NCBI GenBank assembly: GCA_038061755.1
Contig: JBBTYN010000001.1
Coordinates: forward strand, 1-54,015
Reading direction: 5' to 3'
From: Patescibacteria group bacterium
Lineage (GTDB): Bacteria; Patescibacteriota; Minisyncoccia; Phycocordibacterales; UBA9973
Length of the DNA: 54,015 nt
Below the pieces are notes generated by a model. The model did no database searches, was not told the origin of the DNA, and saw nothing but the letters and a program-made list of their open reading frames with translations. The number at the start of each line of letters is the position of its first letter. Position 1 is the first letter of the stretch. The translations under genes and the position numbers were made by a program. This document shows, piece after piece, positions 17,982 through 26,129 of this stretch.

Positions 17982-18152
17982 TTATTTAGCATTATTAAAT
18001 ATAGAGTTTCTTTGATTTATAAAAAGTAAGGAGTATACTTTGGTTATATGACTTGGTTTTTTATAGCATTAGGTGCTCCATTTTTATGGGCTTTGGTAAA
18101 TATAGTTGATAAATATCTAGTCACTATTCTTTATGGAATTACCAGCACTTTT

Positions 18153-18225
18153 GCCATCCTAGCTCAGTTGGTAGAGCACGTCTTTCGTAAAGACGGGGTC
18201 CCGAGTTCGATCCTCGGGGATGGCT
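18153..18225 (+). tRNA. tRNA-Thr(CGU)
   Basis: Cloverleaf: GCCATCC/TA/GCTC-AGTTGGTA-GAGC/A/CGTCT-TTCGTAA-AGACG/GGGTC/CCGAG-TTCGATC-CTCGG/GGATGGC/T. No CCA is encoded. Confidence 0.9.
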
Positions 18226-18226
18226 C

Positions 18227-19132
18227 ATGGAAAAAGATACAAATGAAATCATAAGAGAAATAGAAAAACTGGAAGCAGAAATGCAGGCTTTTGATTTTTG
18301 GAATGACAAAAATAAAGCGCAGGCGATTTTAAAAAAATTAGCCGAACTAAAGGAAAAAAAAGAAGGAGTAAATAAATACGATAAAGGTGATGCTGTGGTC
18401 ACAATAATTTCCGGCGCTGGCGGAGATGATGCAGAGGACTTCTCATCCATGCTTTTGTCTATGTATTTGAAGTATACCGACAAGCGTGATTGGAAAATTT
18501 TTTTTATTCACGAAAATAAAAATGAACACAATGGATATAGAAATGTTTCTTTTGAAATTTGCCAAAGCAAGGCTTTGGCAGGTGGGCATGGACCATATGG
18601 AATACTGAAAAATGAAAGTGGAGTTCATCGTCTTGTGCGAATTTCACCTTTTGATGCAAAAAAATTACGTCACACTTCTTTTTCCATGGTGGAAGTTTTG
18701 CCAAAATTTTCCAGACTTGAAGAAAAAGACTTTGTTATACCGGCAGTTGATTTAAAGATTGAATACTCTCGATCTGGTGGTCCGGGAGGGCAGAATGTGA
18801 ACAAGAGAGAGACAGCAGTTCGTTTGGTGCATATTCCTACGGGGATTGCTGTGCATGCCTCAAATGAGCGTTCTCAAGAGCAAAATCGAGAGCGGGCGAT
18901 GGCTATTCTTTTAGCAAAAATTTTCAAAAAAGCGCAAGAGGAGAAGAAAACCATAGAAGATAGTATGAAATTGAAAAATACAGAAATAGAGTGGGGAAAT
19001 CAGATTCGTTCGTATGTGCTTCATCCTTATAAAATGGTTAAGGATCATAGAACTGGAGTGGAAACATCAAATGTTGATGCAGTTTTGGCGGGTGACTTGG
19101 GTATTTTCATTGAGGCAGAGAAGAATTTGTGA
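18227..19132 (+). CDS. prfB: Peptide chain release factor 2, shortened domain 1, no programmed frameshift site
   Basis: SPF tripeptide (RISPFD) and GGQ ([24 protein letters not shown]); 301 aa. Confidence 0.9.
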   Translation: MEKDTNEIIREIEKLEAEMQAFDFWNDKNKAQAILKKLAELKEKKEGVNKYDKGDAVVTIISGAGGDDAEDFSSMLLSMYLKYTDKRDWKIFFIHENKNEHNGYRNVSFEICQSKALAGGHGPYGILKNESGVHRLVRISPFDAKKLRHTSFSMVEVLPKFSRLEEKDFVIPAVDLKIEYSRSGGPGGQNVNKRETAVRLVHIPTGIAVHASNERSQEQNRERAMAILLAKIFKKAQEEKKTIEDSMKLKNTEIEWGNQIRSYVLHPYKMVKDHRTGVETSNVDAVLAGDLGIFIEAEKNL

Positions 19133-19144
19133 TAGAATAAAATA

Positions 19145-19813
19145 GTGATTTACTTCAATAATGTTTCAAAAATTTACGATGATTTAGCCGCGCTTGATGA
19201 TGTTACTTTCACTGTTGAAACTGGAGAATTTCTTTCTGTTGTTGGACATTCTGGCGCTGGTAAGACCACTTTAACAAAAATGATTTTAGCAGAAGAAATG
19301 CCTTCTTTAGGCACAGTCTTTTTTGAGTCAATTAATGTAAATAAAATAAAAAATAAAGATTTAACTAAACTTCGTCGTCGCATCGGGGTGGTGTTTCAGG
19401 ACTACAAACTGCTTTCAAATAAGACTGCTTATGAAAATATCGCTTTTGCCATGGAAGCTGTTGGAAAAACTGAGGAAGAAATAGCTAGTGATGTTCCACA
19501 TGTTTTAGAACTTGTTGATTTGAGTCATAGAACAATGCATTTCCCAAATCAGATGTCTGGAGGTGAACAACAACGCTTGGCCATAGCGCGGGCAATCATA
19601 AATCAACCTGAACTCCTCATTGCGGATGAGCCGACTGGGAATTTGGATCCAGTGAACACTCATGAAATAGTGCAAATTTTGAAAAAAATAAATGATCTTG
19701 GTACGACCGTAATTTTAACTACCCATAATTATGGAATTATTGAATCTATTGGAAAAAGGGTGATTACAATGGAAAATGGAAAAATTATAAGAGACACTAA
19801 GGATAGTAAGTGA
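19145..19813 (+). CDS. ftsE: Cell-division ABC ATPase FtsE
   Basis: Walker A GHSGAGKTT, signature MSGGEQQR and Walker B LLIADEPTGNLD; GTG start. Confidence 0.9.
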   Translation: MIYFNNVSKIYDDLAALDDVTFTVETGEFLSVVGHSGAGKTTLTKMILAEEMPSLGTVFFESINVNKIKNKDLTKLRRRIGVVFQDYKLLSNKTAYENIAFAMEAVGKTEEEIASDVPHVLELVDLSHRTMHFPNQMSGGEQQRLAIARAIINQPELLIADEPTGNLDPVNTHEIVQILKKINDLGTTVILTTHNYGIIESIGKRVITMENGKIIRDTKDSK

Positions 19814-19835
19814 GTATGATATACTTGAATTAATT

Positions 19836-20759
19836 ATGGAAATAATCGCATTCAAAAGAATTATAAAAGGTGGATTCTTAAACTTTAAAAGAAGCGGGAT
19901 TGTGTCTTGGGCATCAGTTCTTGTAGTTACAATTACCCTTTCGGTTATTATCCTTATCATTTTTTTGCAGGCAGTTTTGCATTTTTCTCTTAATCAAATC
20001 AAAGACAAAGTGGATGTCACCATTTATTTTACTAGTAGTGCACCTGAGAACGATATTATGCTTTTGAAATCCTCATTAGAAAAATTATCCGAAGTATCGC
20101 AAGTTTTTTATACAAGTGCTGAAGATAATTTGAAGGACTTTCGTTTTCGTCATTCCAACGACTATCCGACAATCCAAGCTTTGGATGAAATAGGCAGTAA
20201 CCCACTTTTAGCGACTCTTGGCATAAAAGCAAAAGAAATTTCTCAATACGAAGCTATAGCAAATTTTTTAAAATCAGACAATGCGCTAGTTTCAGGATCA
20301 GTATCTATAATAGATCATACAAATTATTATAACAACAAAGAGGTTATATCTAAATTAGGCAACATAATCTCTGGCGCGCAAAAGTTAGGTTTTCTTTTAA
20401 CATTGCTTTTTGTGATTATTTCTATCATTATTACTTTTAACACAATTCGATTGACTATTTTTATTTCTAAAGAAGAAATCGGCGTGATGCGTCTTGTCGG
20501 TGCTTCAAAGATGCACGTGCGTGGACCTTTTATGATTGAAGGCGCGATTTATGGTATTATTGCTACCTTATTTACTCTTATTATTTTTTGGCCAATCTCG
20601 GCTTGGCTTGGACGCAATATGACTGATTTTCTTGGAATTAATATGTATGATTATTATATTTCAAATTTCTTTCAAATTTTTATAATACTTTTATTATCCG
20701 GTGTAGGTTTAGGTATTATTTCTAGCTTTTTAGCAGTTAGAAAATATTTAAATAAATAA
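19836..20759 (+). CDS. ftsX: Cell-division permease-like protein FtsX
   Basis: Follows ftsE, with 4-TM FtsX topology and EIGVMRLVGASKMHVRGPF. Confidence 0.85.
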   Translation: MEIIAFKRIIKGGFLNFKRSGIVSWASVLVVTITLSVIILIIFLQAVLHFSLNQIKDKVDVTIYFTSSAPENDIMLLKSSLEKLSEVSQVFYTSAEDNLKDFRFRHSNDYPTIQALDEIGSNPLLATLGIKAKEISQYEAIANFLKSDNALVSGSVSIIDHTNYYNNKEVISKLGNIISGAQKLGFLLTLLFVIISIIITFNTIRLTIFISKEEIGVMRLVGASKMHVRGPFMIEGAIYGIIATLFTLIIFWPISAWLGRNMTDFLGINMYDYYISNFFQIFIILLLSGVGLGIISSFLAVRKYLNK

Positions 20760-20762
20760 GTT

Positions 20763-22400
20763 ATGCAAAAAAAAGAAACAAAATATATTTTCGTAGTGGG
20801 TGGTGTTATGTCTTCTGTGGGTAAAGGAATTGCCGCTTCTTCTATTGGAAAAATATTGCAGTCTCGTGGTTACAATGTTGCTAATATGAAAGCAGATATG
20901 TATGTCAACATAGATGCGGGTACTATTCGTCCTGCTGAGCATGGGGAAGTTTTTGTCGGTGAAGATGGCATAGAAGCTGATCAGGATCTTGGTAATTATG
21001 AACGTTTTACAAATCAAATTAGTACGCGTGAAAATTACATCACTACCGGACAAATATATGCAGAAGTTATAAAACGAGAGCGAAATTTAGAATACGGAGG
21101 TGAAGATGTCGAAGTTTATCCAGATATACCAAAAGAAATAATTAGGCGCATAGAAGCTTGTCAGGAAAAAAATAAGTCAGAAATTACAATAATAGAGTAT
21201 GGCGGTACGGTGGGGGAATATCAACTCCTTCCTTTTCTTGAGGCTACAAGAATGATGAAATCAAAAAATCCCTCTGATGTTTTCGTTGTTTTAATAAGTT
21301 ATTTACCAACACCAACACTCTTGGGCGAACAAAAATCAAAACCTACCCAGCATGCCATCACAGATCTTTACTCAATGGGGTTAAATCCAGATTTTGTGAT
21401 TTGTCGAGCCGACCAACCTGCTACACCAGATATTAAACAAACAATTAGCAATGTGTGCAGTTTACCTATTGAAAGGATAATTTCTGCACCAGATGTTTAT
21501 TCTATTTATGATGTGCCAATTAATTTTGAAAAAGAAAATTTTGGTTCTATCCTGCTTAAAACTATAGGTTTATCACCACGTCAAAAAGATCTATCTGACT
21601 GGATGGCGTTGGCAGATAAAATAAAAAAAATAAAAAAAGAAATTCGTATTGGAATTGTTGGCAAATATTTTAATTTTAAATCGTGTAAAGATACTTACAT
21701 TTCTGTAATTGAATCCATTAATCATGCCACCTGGGCGCTTGATTTTAAGCCTAATATTGTATGGCTTGATTCAGAAAAATATGAAAATAATGTCAATTTG
21801 TTAGGTGAACTTGATAAGTTGGATGGAATCGTCATTCCAGGAGGGTTTGGTAATAGGGGGGTGGAAGGTATGATTTTAGCAGCAGATTATGCTCGTAGGA
21901 AAAAGATTCCATATTTTGGTTTGTGTTTAGGGATGCAAATTTTAATAATTTCTTATGCTCGAAATGTTTTGAAATTTAATGATGCAAATTCCACTGAAAT
22001 GAATCCGAATACCATGTATCCAGTTATTGCCACTATGACTGATCAAGTTGAAAAAATAAAAAATAAAAATTATGGAGGCAGTATGCGTTTGGGTGCTTAT
22101 GATTGTGTTTTAACTAAAGACACTATTGCTTTTGGATCTTACAAAGCTTATAAAATTTCTGAACGTCATCGTCATCGATACGAAGTAAATATAAAATATA
22201 TTGCAGAATTAGAAAAAGCTGGTTTGGTATTTTCTGGTAAATCCCCAGATGGAGTTTTGATGGAAATAGCAGAGCTTCCTAAAAAGATACATCCATTTTA
22301 TTTAGGAACTCAGTTTCATCCTGAATTCAAATCCCGTCCGCTTGCTCCGCATCCTCTTTTTTCAGCTTTCATTAAGGCTTGTATAAATAAGAGGAAATAA
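20763..22400 (+). CDS. pyrG: CTP synthase
   Basis: KYIFVVGGVMSSVGKG N-terminus and the GATase domain GLCLGMQ...HRHRYEVN. Confidence 0.95.
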   Translation: MQKKETKYIFVVGGVMSSVGKGIAASSIGKILQSRGYNVANMKADMYVNIDAGTIRPAEHGEVFVGEDGIEADQDLGNYERFTNQISTRENYITTGQIYAEVIKRERNLEYGGEDVEVYPDIPKEIIRRIEACQEKNKSEITIIEYGGTVGEYQLLPFLEATRMMKSKNPSDVFVVLISYLPTPTLLGEQKSKPTQHAITDLYSMGLNPDFVICRADQPATPDIKQTISNVCSLPIERIISAPDVYSIYDVPINFEKENFGSILLKTIGLSPRQKDLSDWMALADKIKKIKKEIRIGIVGKYFNFKSCKDTYISVIESINHATWALDFKPNIVWLDSEKYENNVNLLGELDKLDGIVIPGGFGNRGVEGMILAADYARRKKIPYFGLCLGMQILIISYARNVLKFNDANSTEMNPNTMYPVIATMTDQVEKIKNKNYGGSMRLGAYDCVLTKDTIAFGSYKAYKISERHRHRYEVNIKYIAELEKAGLVFSGKSPDGVLMEIAELPKKIHPFYLGTQFHPEFKSRPLAPHPLFSAFIKACINKRK

Positions 22401-22451
22401 AATCTTTGAGCAAGATAGGTATATAGGCGACACTTCCACTATTAACTGTTT

Positions 22452-22970
22452 TTAAAATTGTCCCTTAATCGAATTTACAAAATTTACGATTGGTTTTGTT
22501 GTTTTTAAACGAGTATAAATCTCTTTGATATCCATAACTTTTGTATCATAATTTATGCTTTTACCAGCAACTTTAAACATTTTCCCGTCCTGTTTAATGA
22601 TAAGAGCATGAAAATATCTTGAAATTTTATCTGGTCTACCGATCTTTACTTTATATCCTTTCCTGTTTGCTAATAAGCAAATGAGTATAGCAAGCGTAAG
22701 ACAATCAAAACCATATAGGGAACTTCCTTTTGTGATATTTTTTATATTTTCTCTATCTTTCCCAATATATAATTTAATTAATCTAAGGATCTTCAATTCA
22801 GGATCTTTAATGTTTTCCGTTTCCTTTGTAGATTCCTCCTCTTGTAAAAAAGAGTTAAAGTTTTTTTCTAATGTATTTATGATTTCAGATACACCCAATG
22901 TTTTTTCCAGTTCGTCTGGATATGCTAATATTTCTATTTTTTTAAGCTGAAAATTATTGATTGATTCCAT
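22452..22970 (-). CDS. Hypothetical protein, possible transglutaminase-like Cys-His fold
   Basis: GFDCLTLAI...YFHALIIKQDG spacing resembles a Cys/His papain-like core. This is a weak call. Confidence 0.45.
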   Translation of the reverse strand: MESINNFQLKKIEILAYPDELEKTLGVSEIINTLEKNFNSFLQEEESTKETENIKDPELKILRLIKLYIGKDRENIKNITKGSSLYGFDCLTLAILICLLANRKGYKVKIGRPDKISRYFHALIIKQDGKMFKVAGKSINYDTKVMDIKEIYTRLKTTKPIVNFVNSIKGQF

Positions 22971-23011
22971 GAGTTTGATTATATCAAATTATTGAATAGT
23001 AGTAATTAAAA

Positions 23012-23032
23012 AATCGAGGGGAGTCCTCGATT
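23012..23032 (+). repeat. REP-like hairpin AATCGAGGGGAGTCCTCGATT (copy 1)
   Basis: Identical to 23742-23762. The 8-bp stem ATCGAGG(G)/(T)CCTCGAT flanks the Y1 transposase gene. Confidence 0.8.
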
Positions 23033-23038
23033 AGATTT

Positions 23039-23728
23039 CTAAATTATCTTATTTTTATTAAATATTTGTTCTTGGTGACTAAAGTCTAATTTTTCATCTC
23101 TAATATATTTCGGAACAAAAGAAAAATCTATAATTACTGATTCTTGTCGATTATTTTTCTTAAAATCTAAATAACTTGAGTATTGATATTTTTCTACAAA
23201 TTTTTCTGCTTCTTTCTTATTACTTACCCCACTTTCTTTCCACTTTTTATCAATAATTGAAATTGGGTTAAGGTGTAGATAAGAAAATATATACATAAAT
23301 TGTGACTCATTATTTATATGTTCAGATCTAAAAGGTCTTGTAAGTAGGGGGCCACTTCGTTCATATTTTGTATTAAAATACATTGAGTAAGCAGTTAAAA
23401 GTTTACCCATGAATTTACTTATGCCTCCTTCTGTGTGTTCATAAAGTATTAAATGGAAATGATTTGGCATAAGGCAATAACCCAAAATTGATACGAGAGT
23501 TTTCTCTCTTTTTTCTTTAAAAACATCTTTTAATGTCTTTGATTTGTTTTGTAAAAAATTCCCAATTATAAATTGATCATTTTGATTCATAATATATAAA
23601 AGAGCAATAAAACGATCATAATCTTTTGTGTTCATAAATATTTTACGTTTTTCTACCCCCCTAGAATAGATGTGATATTGTTCACCAATAGCAAATGATA
23701 TTTTTCTATACATACCTATATTATACAC
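23039..23728 (-). CDS. REP-associated tyrosine (Y1, IS200-like HUH) transposase, RAYT-type
   Basis: YHIYSRGVEKRKIF, the HUH motif MPNHFHLIL, and C-terminal YQYSSY. Confidence 0.8.
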   Translation of the reverse strand: MYNIGMYRKISFAIGEQYHIYSRGVEKRKIFMNTKDYDRFIALLYIMNQNDQFIIGNFLQNKSKTLKDVFKEKREKTLVSILGYCLMPNHFHLILYEHTEGGISKFMGKLLTAYSMYFNTKYERSGPLLTRPFRSEHINNESQFMYIFSYLHLNPISIIDKKWKESGVSNKKEAEKFVEKYQYSSYLDFKKNNRQESVIIDFSFVPKYIRDEKLDFSHQEQIFNKNKII

Positions 23729-23741
23729 AAATTAAAAATTT

Positions 23742-23762
23742 AATCGAGGGGAGTCCTCGATT
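23742..23762 (+). repeat. REP-like hairpin AATCGAGGGGAGTCCTCGATT (copy 2)
   Basis: Same 21-mer in the same orientation, with extended similarity ATTAAAAA..AATCGAGG... Confidence 0.8.
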
Positions 23763-24156
23763 ATTTATTTAGAAATAGAATAGTTAATTGCAAAATAGTT
23801 GCAAAGGATACCCAAAGGAGGTATGGAATTTGGATATACGTAATCCATTTCATATGTGGATATATGGCAACTATTGCCCAGATAAGTGTAATAAGAATAA
23901 GTAGAATATCAATTCCTGCCAAAAGGTTATTTTTTAATCCAAATTGTAAAGGAGTAAAAGAAAAATTAAAAATTAAATTTAAAATAAAAGGCAGAACAAC
24001 GATAAGGGGAATTTGTTTTTGTCATGCCATTAAAAATACTTTACCGAACGATATTGCGATCAAGACATAAAGAAAAGTCCAAACTGGTCCAAAAAGATAA
24101 CTTGGTGGAGCCCATGTTGGTTTATTTAATTGTGAATACCAATTATATGTGTCCAC
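23761..24156 (-). pseudogene. TspO/MBR-family gene remnant: N-terminally truncated, with an in-frame TGA
   Basis: My own minus-strand translation reads (V)[46 protein letters not shown]...FTPLQFGLK...IPYLLWVSFATILQLTILFLNK*. The TGA is at 24024-24022 and TM1 is absent. Confidence 0.6.
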
Positions 24157-24217
24157 AGATTTATTATATCAAATAAAACCTTTATATTGTAGGGGAAATG
24201 TGTTAAGTTTAAAATAT

Positions 24218-24288
24218 TACGGGATCGTCTAATGGTAGGACCCATCCCTCTGGAGGATGTGATCTTGGTTCGAGTCCAAGTCCCGTAG
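24218..24288 (+). tRNA. tRNA-Gln(CUG)
   Basis: Cloverleaf: TACGGGA/TC/GTCT-AATGGTA-GGAC/C/CATCC-CTCTGGA-GGATG/TGAT/CTTGG-TTCGAGT-CCAAG/TCCCGTA/G. It has U1:A72 and G73. Confidence 0.85.
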
Positions 24289-24331
24289 CCTTTTATTTTT
24301 TGATAAAAAGTGATAATTATTAAATTTTTAG

Positions 24332-25072
24332 TTGTATAATGCATTAATGAATATAGAATTTAAAAAATCAATGAATAATATAGAATTAAAAACAACGACT
24401 ATAGTAGAGGATGCGGCAAATTTTGTTGCTTCTTCTATTTTGAATCAATTAAAACTAGGTAAACATGTTTTGTTTTTTGTTACAGGAGGTTCTTCTATTT
24501 CTGTCGGGGTAAAAATCGTAGAGCTTTTGAGAAATGAGCTCCAGCAAGATTTAATAAAAAATATAACTATTATGATTACCGATGAAAGATATGGACCACT
24601 TAACCACAAAGATTCAAATTGGTATCAGTTGATACAAAAAGGTTTTAGTTTGCCACAGGCTAAATTTATACCTATTTTAAACGGAGAACATCGTATTGAT
24701 ACAACTGAAAAATTTAACACTCATCTTCATCAAGAATTAATTGAAAGCAAAGATACTAAGTATAAAATTGGTTTGTTTGGTATAGGTGCAGATGGACATA
24801 TAGCGGGTATATTGCCAGAGTCTAAAGCAATAAATTTCAAAGACTTGGCTTATGATTATGATACTCCCACATTTTCTCGCATCACCATAACTCCTAAAGT
24901 GGTAGAAAAATTAGATGAGGCTGTGGTTTGGGTGCAGGGTAAAGAAAAATGGAACGTGGTGAAAGATTTATTAGAAAAGGATATTGATATTATCAAACAA
25001 CCGGCGCAAATCTTAAAAAGAGTTCCTTTATTAACAATATTTTCTGATTTTAAAATAAATGGAAAACAATAA
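24332..25072 (+). CDS. pgl: 6-phosphogluconolactonase
   Basis: FFVTGGSS and GIGADGHIAGILP motifs; overlaps zwf. Confidence 0.8.
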   Translation: MYNALMNIEFKKSMNNIELKTTTIVEDAANFVASSILNQLKLGKHVLFFVTGGSSISVGVKIVELLRNELQQDLIKNITIMITDERYGPLNHKDSNWYQLIQKGFSLPQAKFIPILNGEHRIDTTEKFNTHLHQELIESKDTKYKIGLFGIGADGHIAGILPESKAINFKDLAYDYDTPTFSRITITPKVVEKLDEAVVWVQGKEKWNVVKDLLEKDIDIIKQPAQILKRVPLLTIFSDFKINGKQ

Positions 25073-26084
25073 AGTAACCTATATAATTTTTGGCGCCTCT
25101 GGAGACCTATCAAAGCGTTATTTAATGCCAGCGCTTAAGAATCTGAATTATGTGGATATTGTCGTTCCAATTTCTCGTAAAGATTATGGTAATTTGAGAA
25201 ATTTAATTAAAGGTAGCAGAGAGAAAATATTTCATCTGGCAATTCCCCCTGAGGCTGTATCGGACGCTATTGAAATAATTAGCAATAATTTTGGTAAAGA
25301 TAATATAAAAATAATGCTTGAAAAACCTTTCGGTAATGATTTAAAATCCGCGCAAAACTTGGTACAGCACATTGACAAATATTTTTCCGAGAATCAAATT
25401 TATCGAGTTGATCATTATTTAGCGAAAAAGTCTTTACAAAAGGTGATTACAGAAAAATGGAATAGAAACAATATCACTAGTATTGAAATAATTGCTAGCG
25501 AAAAAATAGACATAGAGGGACGAGTTAATTTTTATGAACAAACTGGAGCGTTAAAAGATTTTGTGCAAAGTCATCTTATTGAAATGGCGGCAGTAGTCCT
25601 TGCTGGAAGTTTTGATGTCGTTCGTCGGGAAGTTGTATTAAAGAACTTAGAAATTGTCTGTGATGTTAGGAAAACTGAGTGTGTAAAGAGAGGACAATAT
25701 GAGGGCTATCGAGAAGAAGTAAATAATCCAAATAGCATGACAGAAACATTTGTATCAGTTAATTTGGTATCAAATGAGCCAGAATGGCGCGGAGTATCAA
25801 TAGTTCTTTCTACGGGCAAAGCTTTTCATGAAAAGTTGACGCAAATAAAAATTAAATATAAGGATAATAGTGAAAAAATTTTTAATATTAAACATGAACC
25901 AGAAGCATATGAACGAATTATAAGGGCTACTATATTAGGTAATCATAATTTATTTATTTCAAGTGATGAAGTATTGGAAAGTTGGAGGATTTTAGATGAG
26001 ATACAAAAAACTTGGGAAAAATCCATAGATGATTTAATAATTTATAAAAAGGAAAGTACTTTAGAGGAGGTTTTGAATCTGTAA
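25059..26084 (+). CDS. zwf: Glucose-6-phosphate dehydrogenase, unusually short
   Basis: IFGASGDLSKRYLMPAL, EKPFGNDL and YRVDHYLAKK motifs; 341 aa. Confidence 0.8.
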   Translation: MENNKVTYIIFGASGDLSKRYLMPALKNLNYVDIVVPISRKDYGNLRNLIKGSREKIFHLAIPPEAVSDAIEIISNNFGKDNIKIMLEKPFGNDLKSAQNLVQHIDKYFSENQIYRVDHYLAKKSLQKVITEKWNRNNITSIEIIASEKIDIEGRVNFYEQTGALKDFVQSHLIEMAAVVLAGSFDVVRREVVLKNLEIVCDVRKTECVKRGQYEGYREEVNNPNSMTETFVSVNLVSNEPEWRGVSIVLSTGKAFHEKLTQIKIKYKDNSEKIFNIKHEPEAYERIIRATILGNHNLFISSDEVLESWRILDEIQKTWEKSIDDLIIYKKESTLEEVLNL

Positions 26085-26129
26085 TAATAAATTGCAATAA
26101 CTCTTTTTTTCCATTATACTTAAGCCCTA

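Noticed and set aside
24022-24024. Possibility that TGA is a sense codon (code 4 or 25), raised by the in-frame TGA in the TspO-like frame
   Set aside because: TGA clearly terminates folD (6941-6943), prfB, ftsE and ychF at conserved C-termini, and an RF2 gene with an SPF motif is present. The TspO frame also lacks its N-terminus, so pseudogenisation is the simpler reading.
24126-24344. 72-aa minus-strand ORF, and 23864-24070 on the plus strand
   Set aside because: The first runs through tRNA-Gln, and the second is antisense to the TspO remnant. Neither has supporting motifs.
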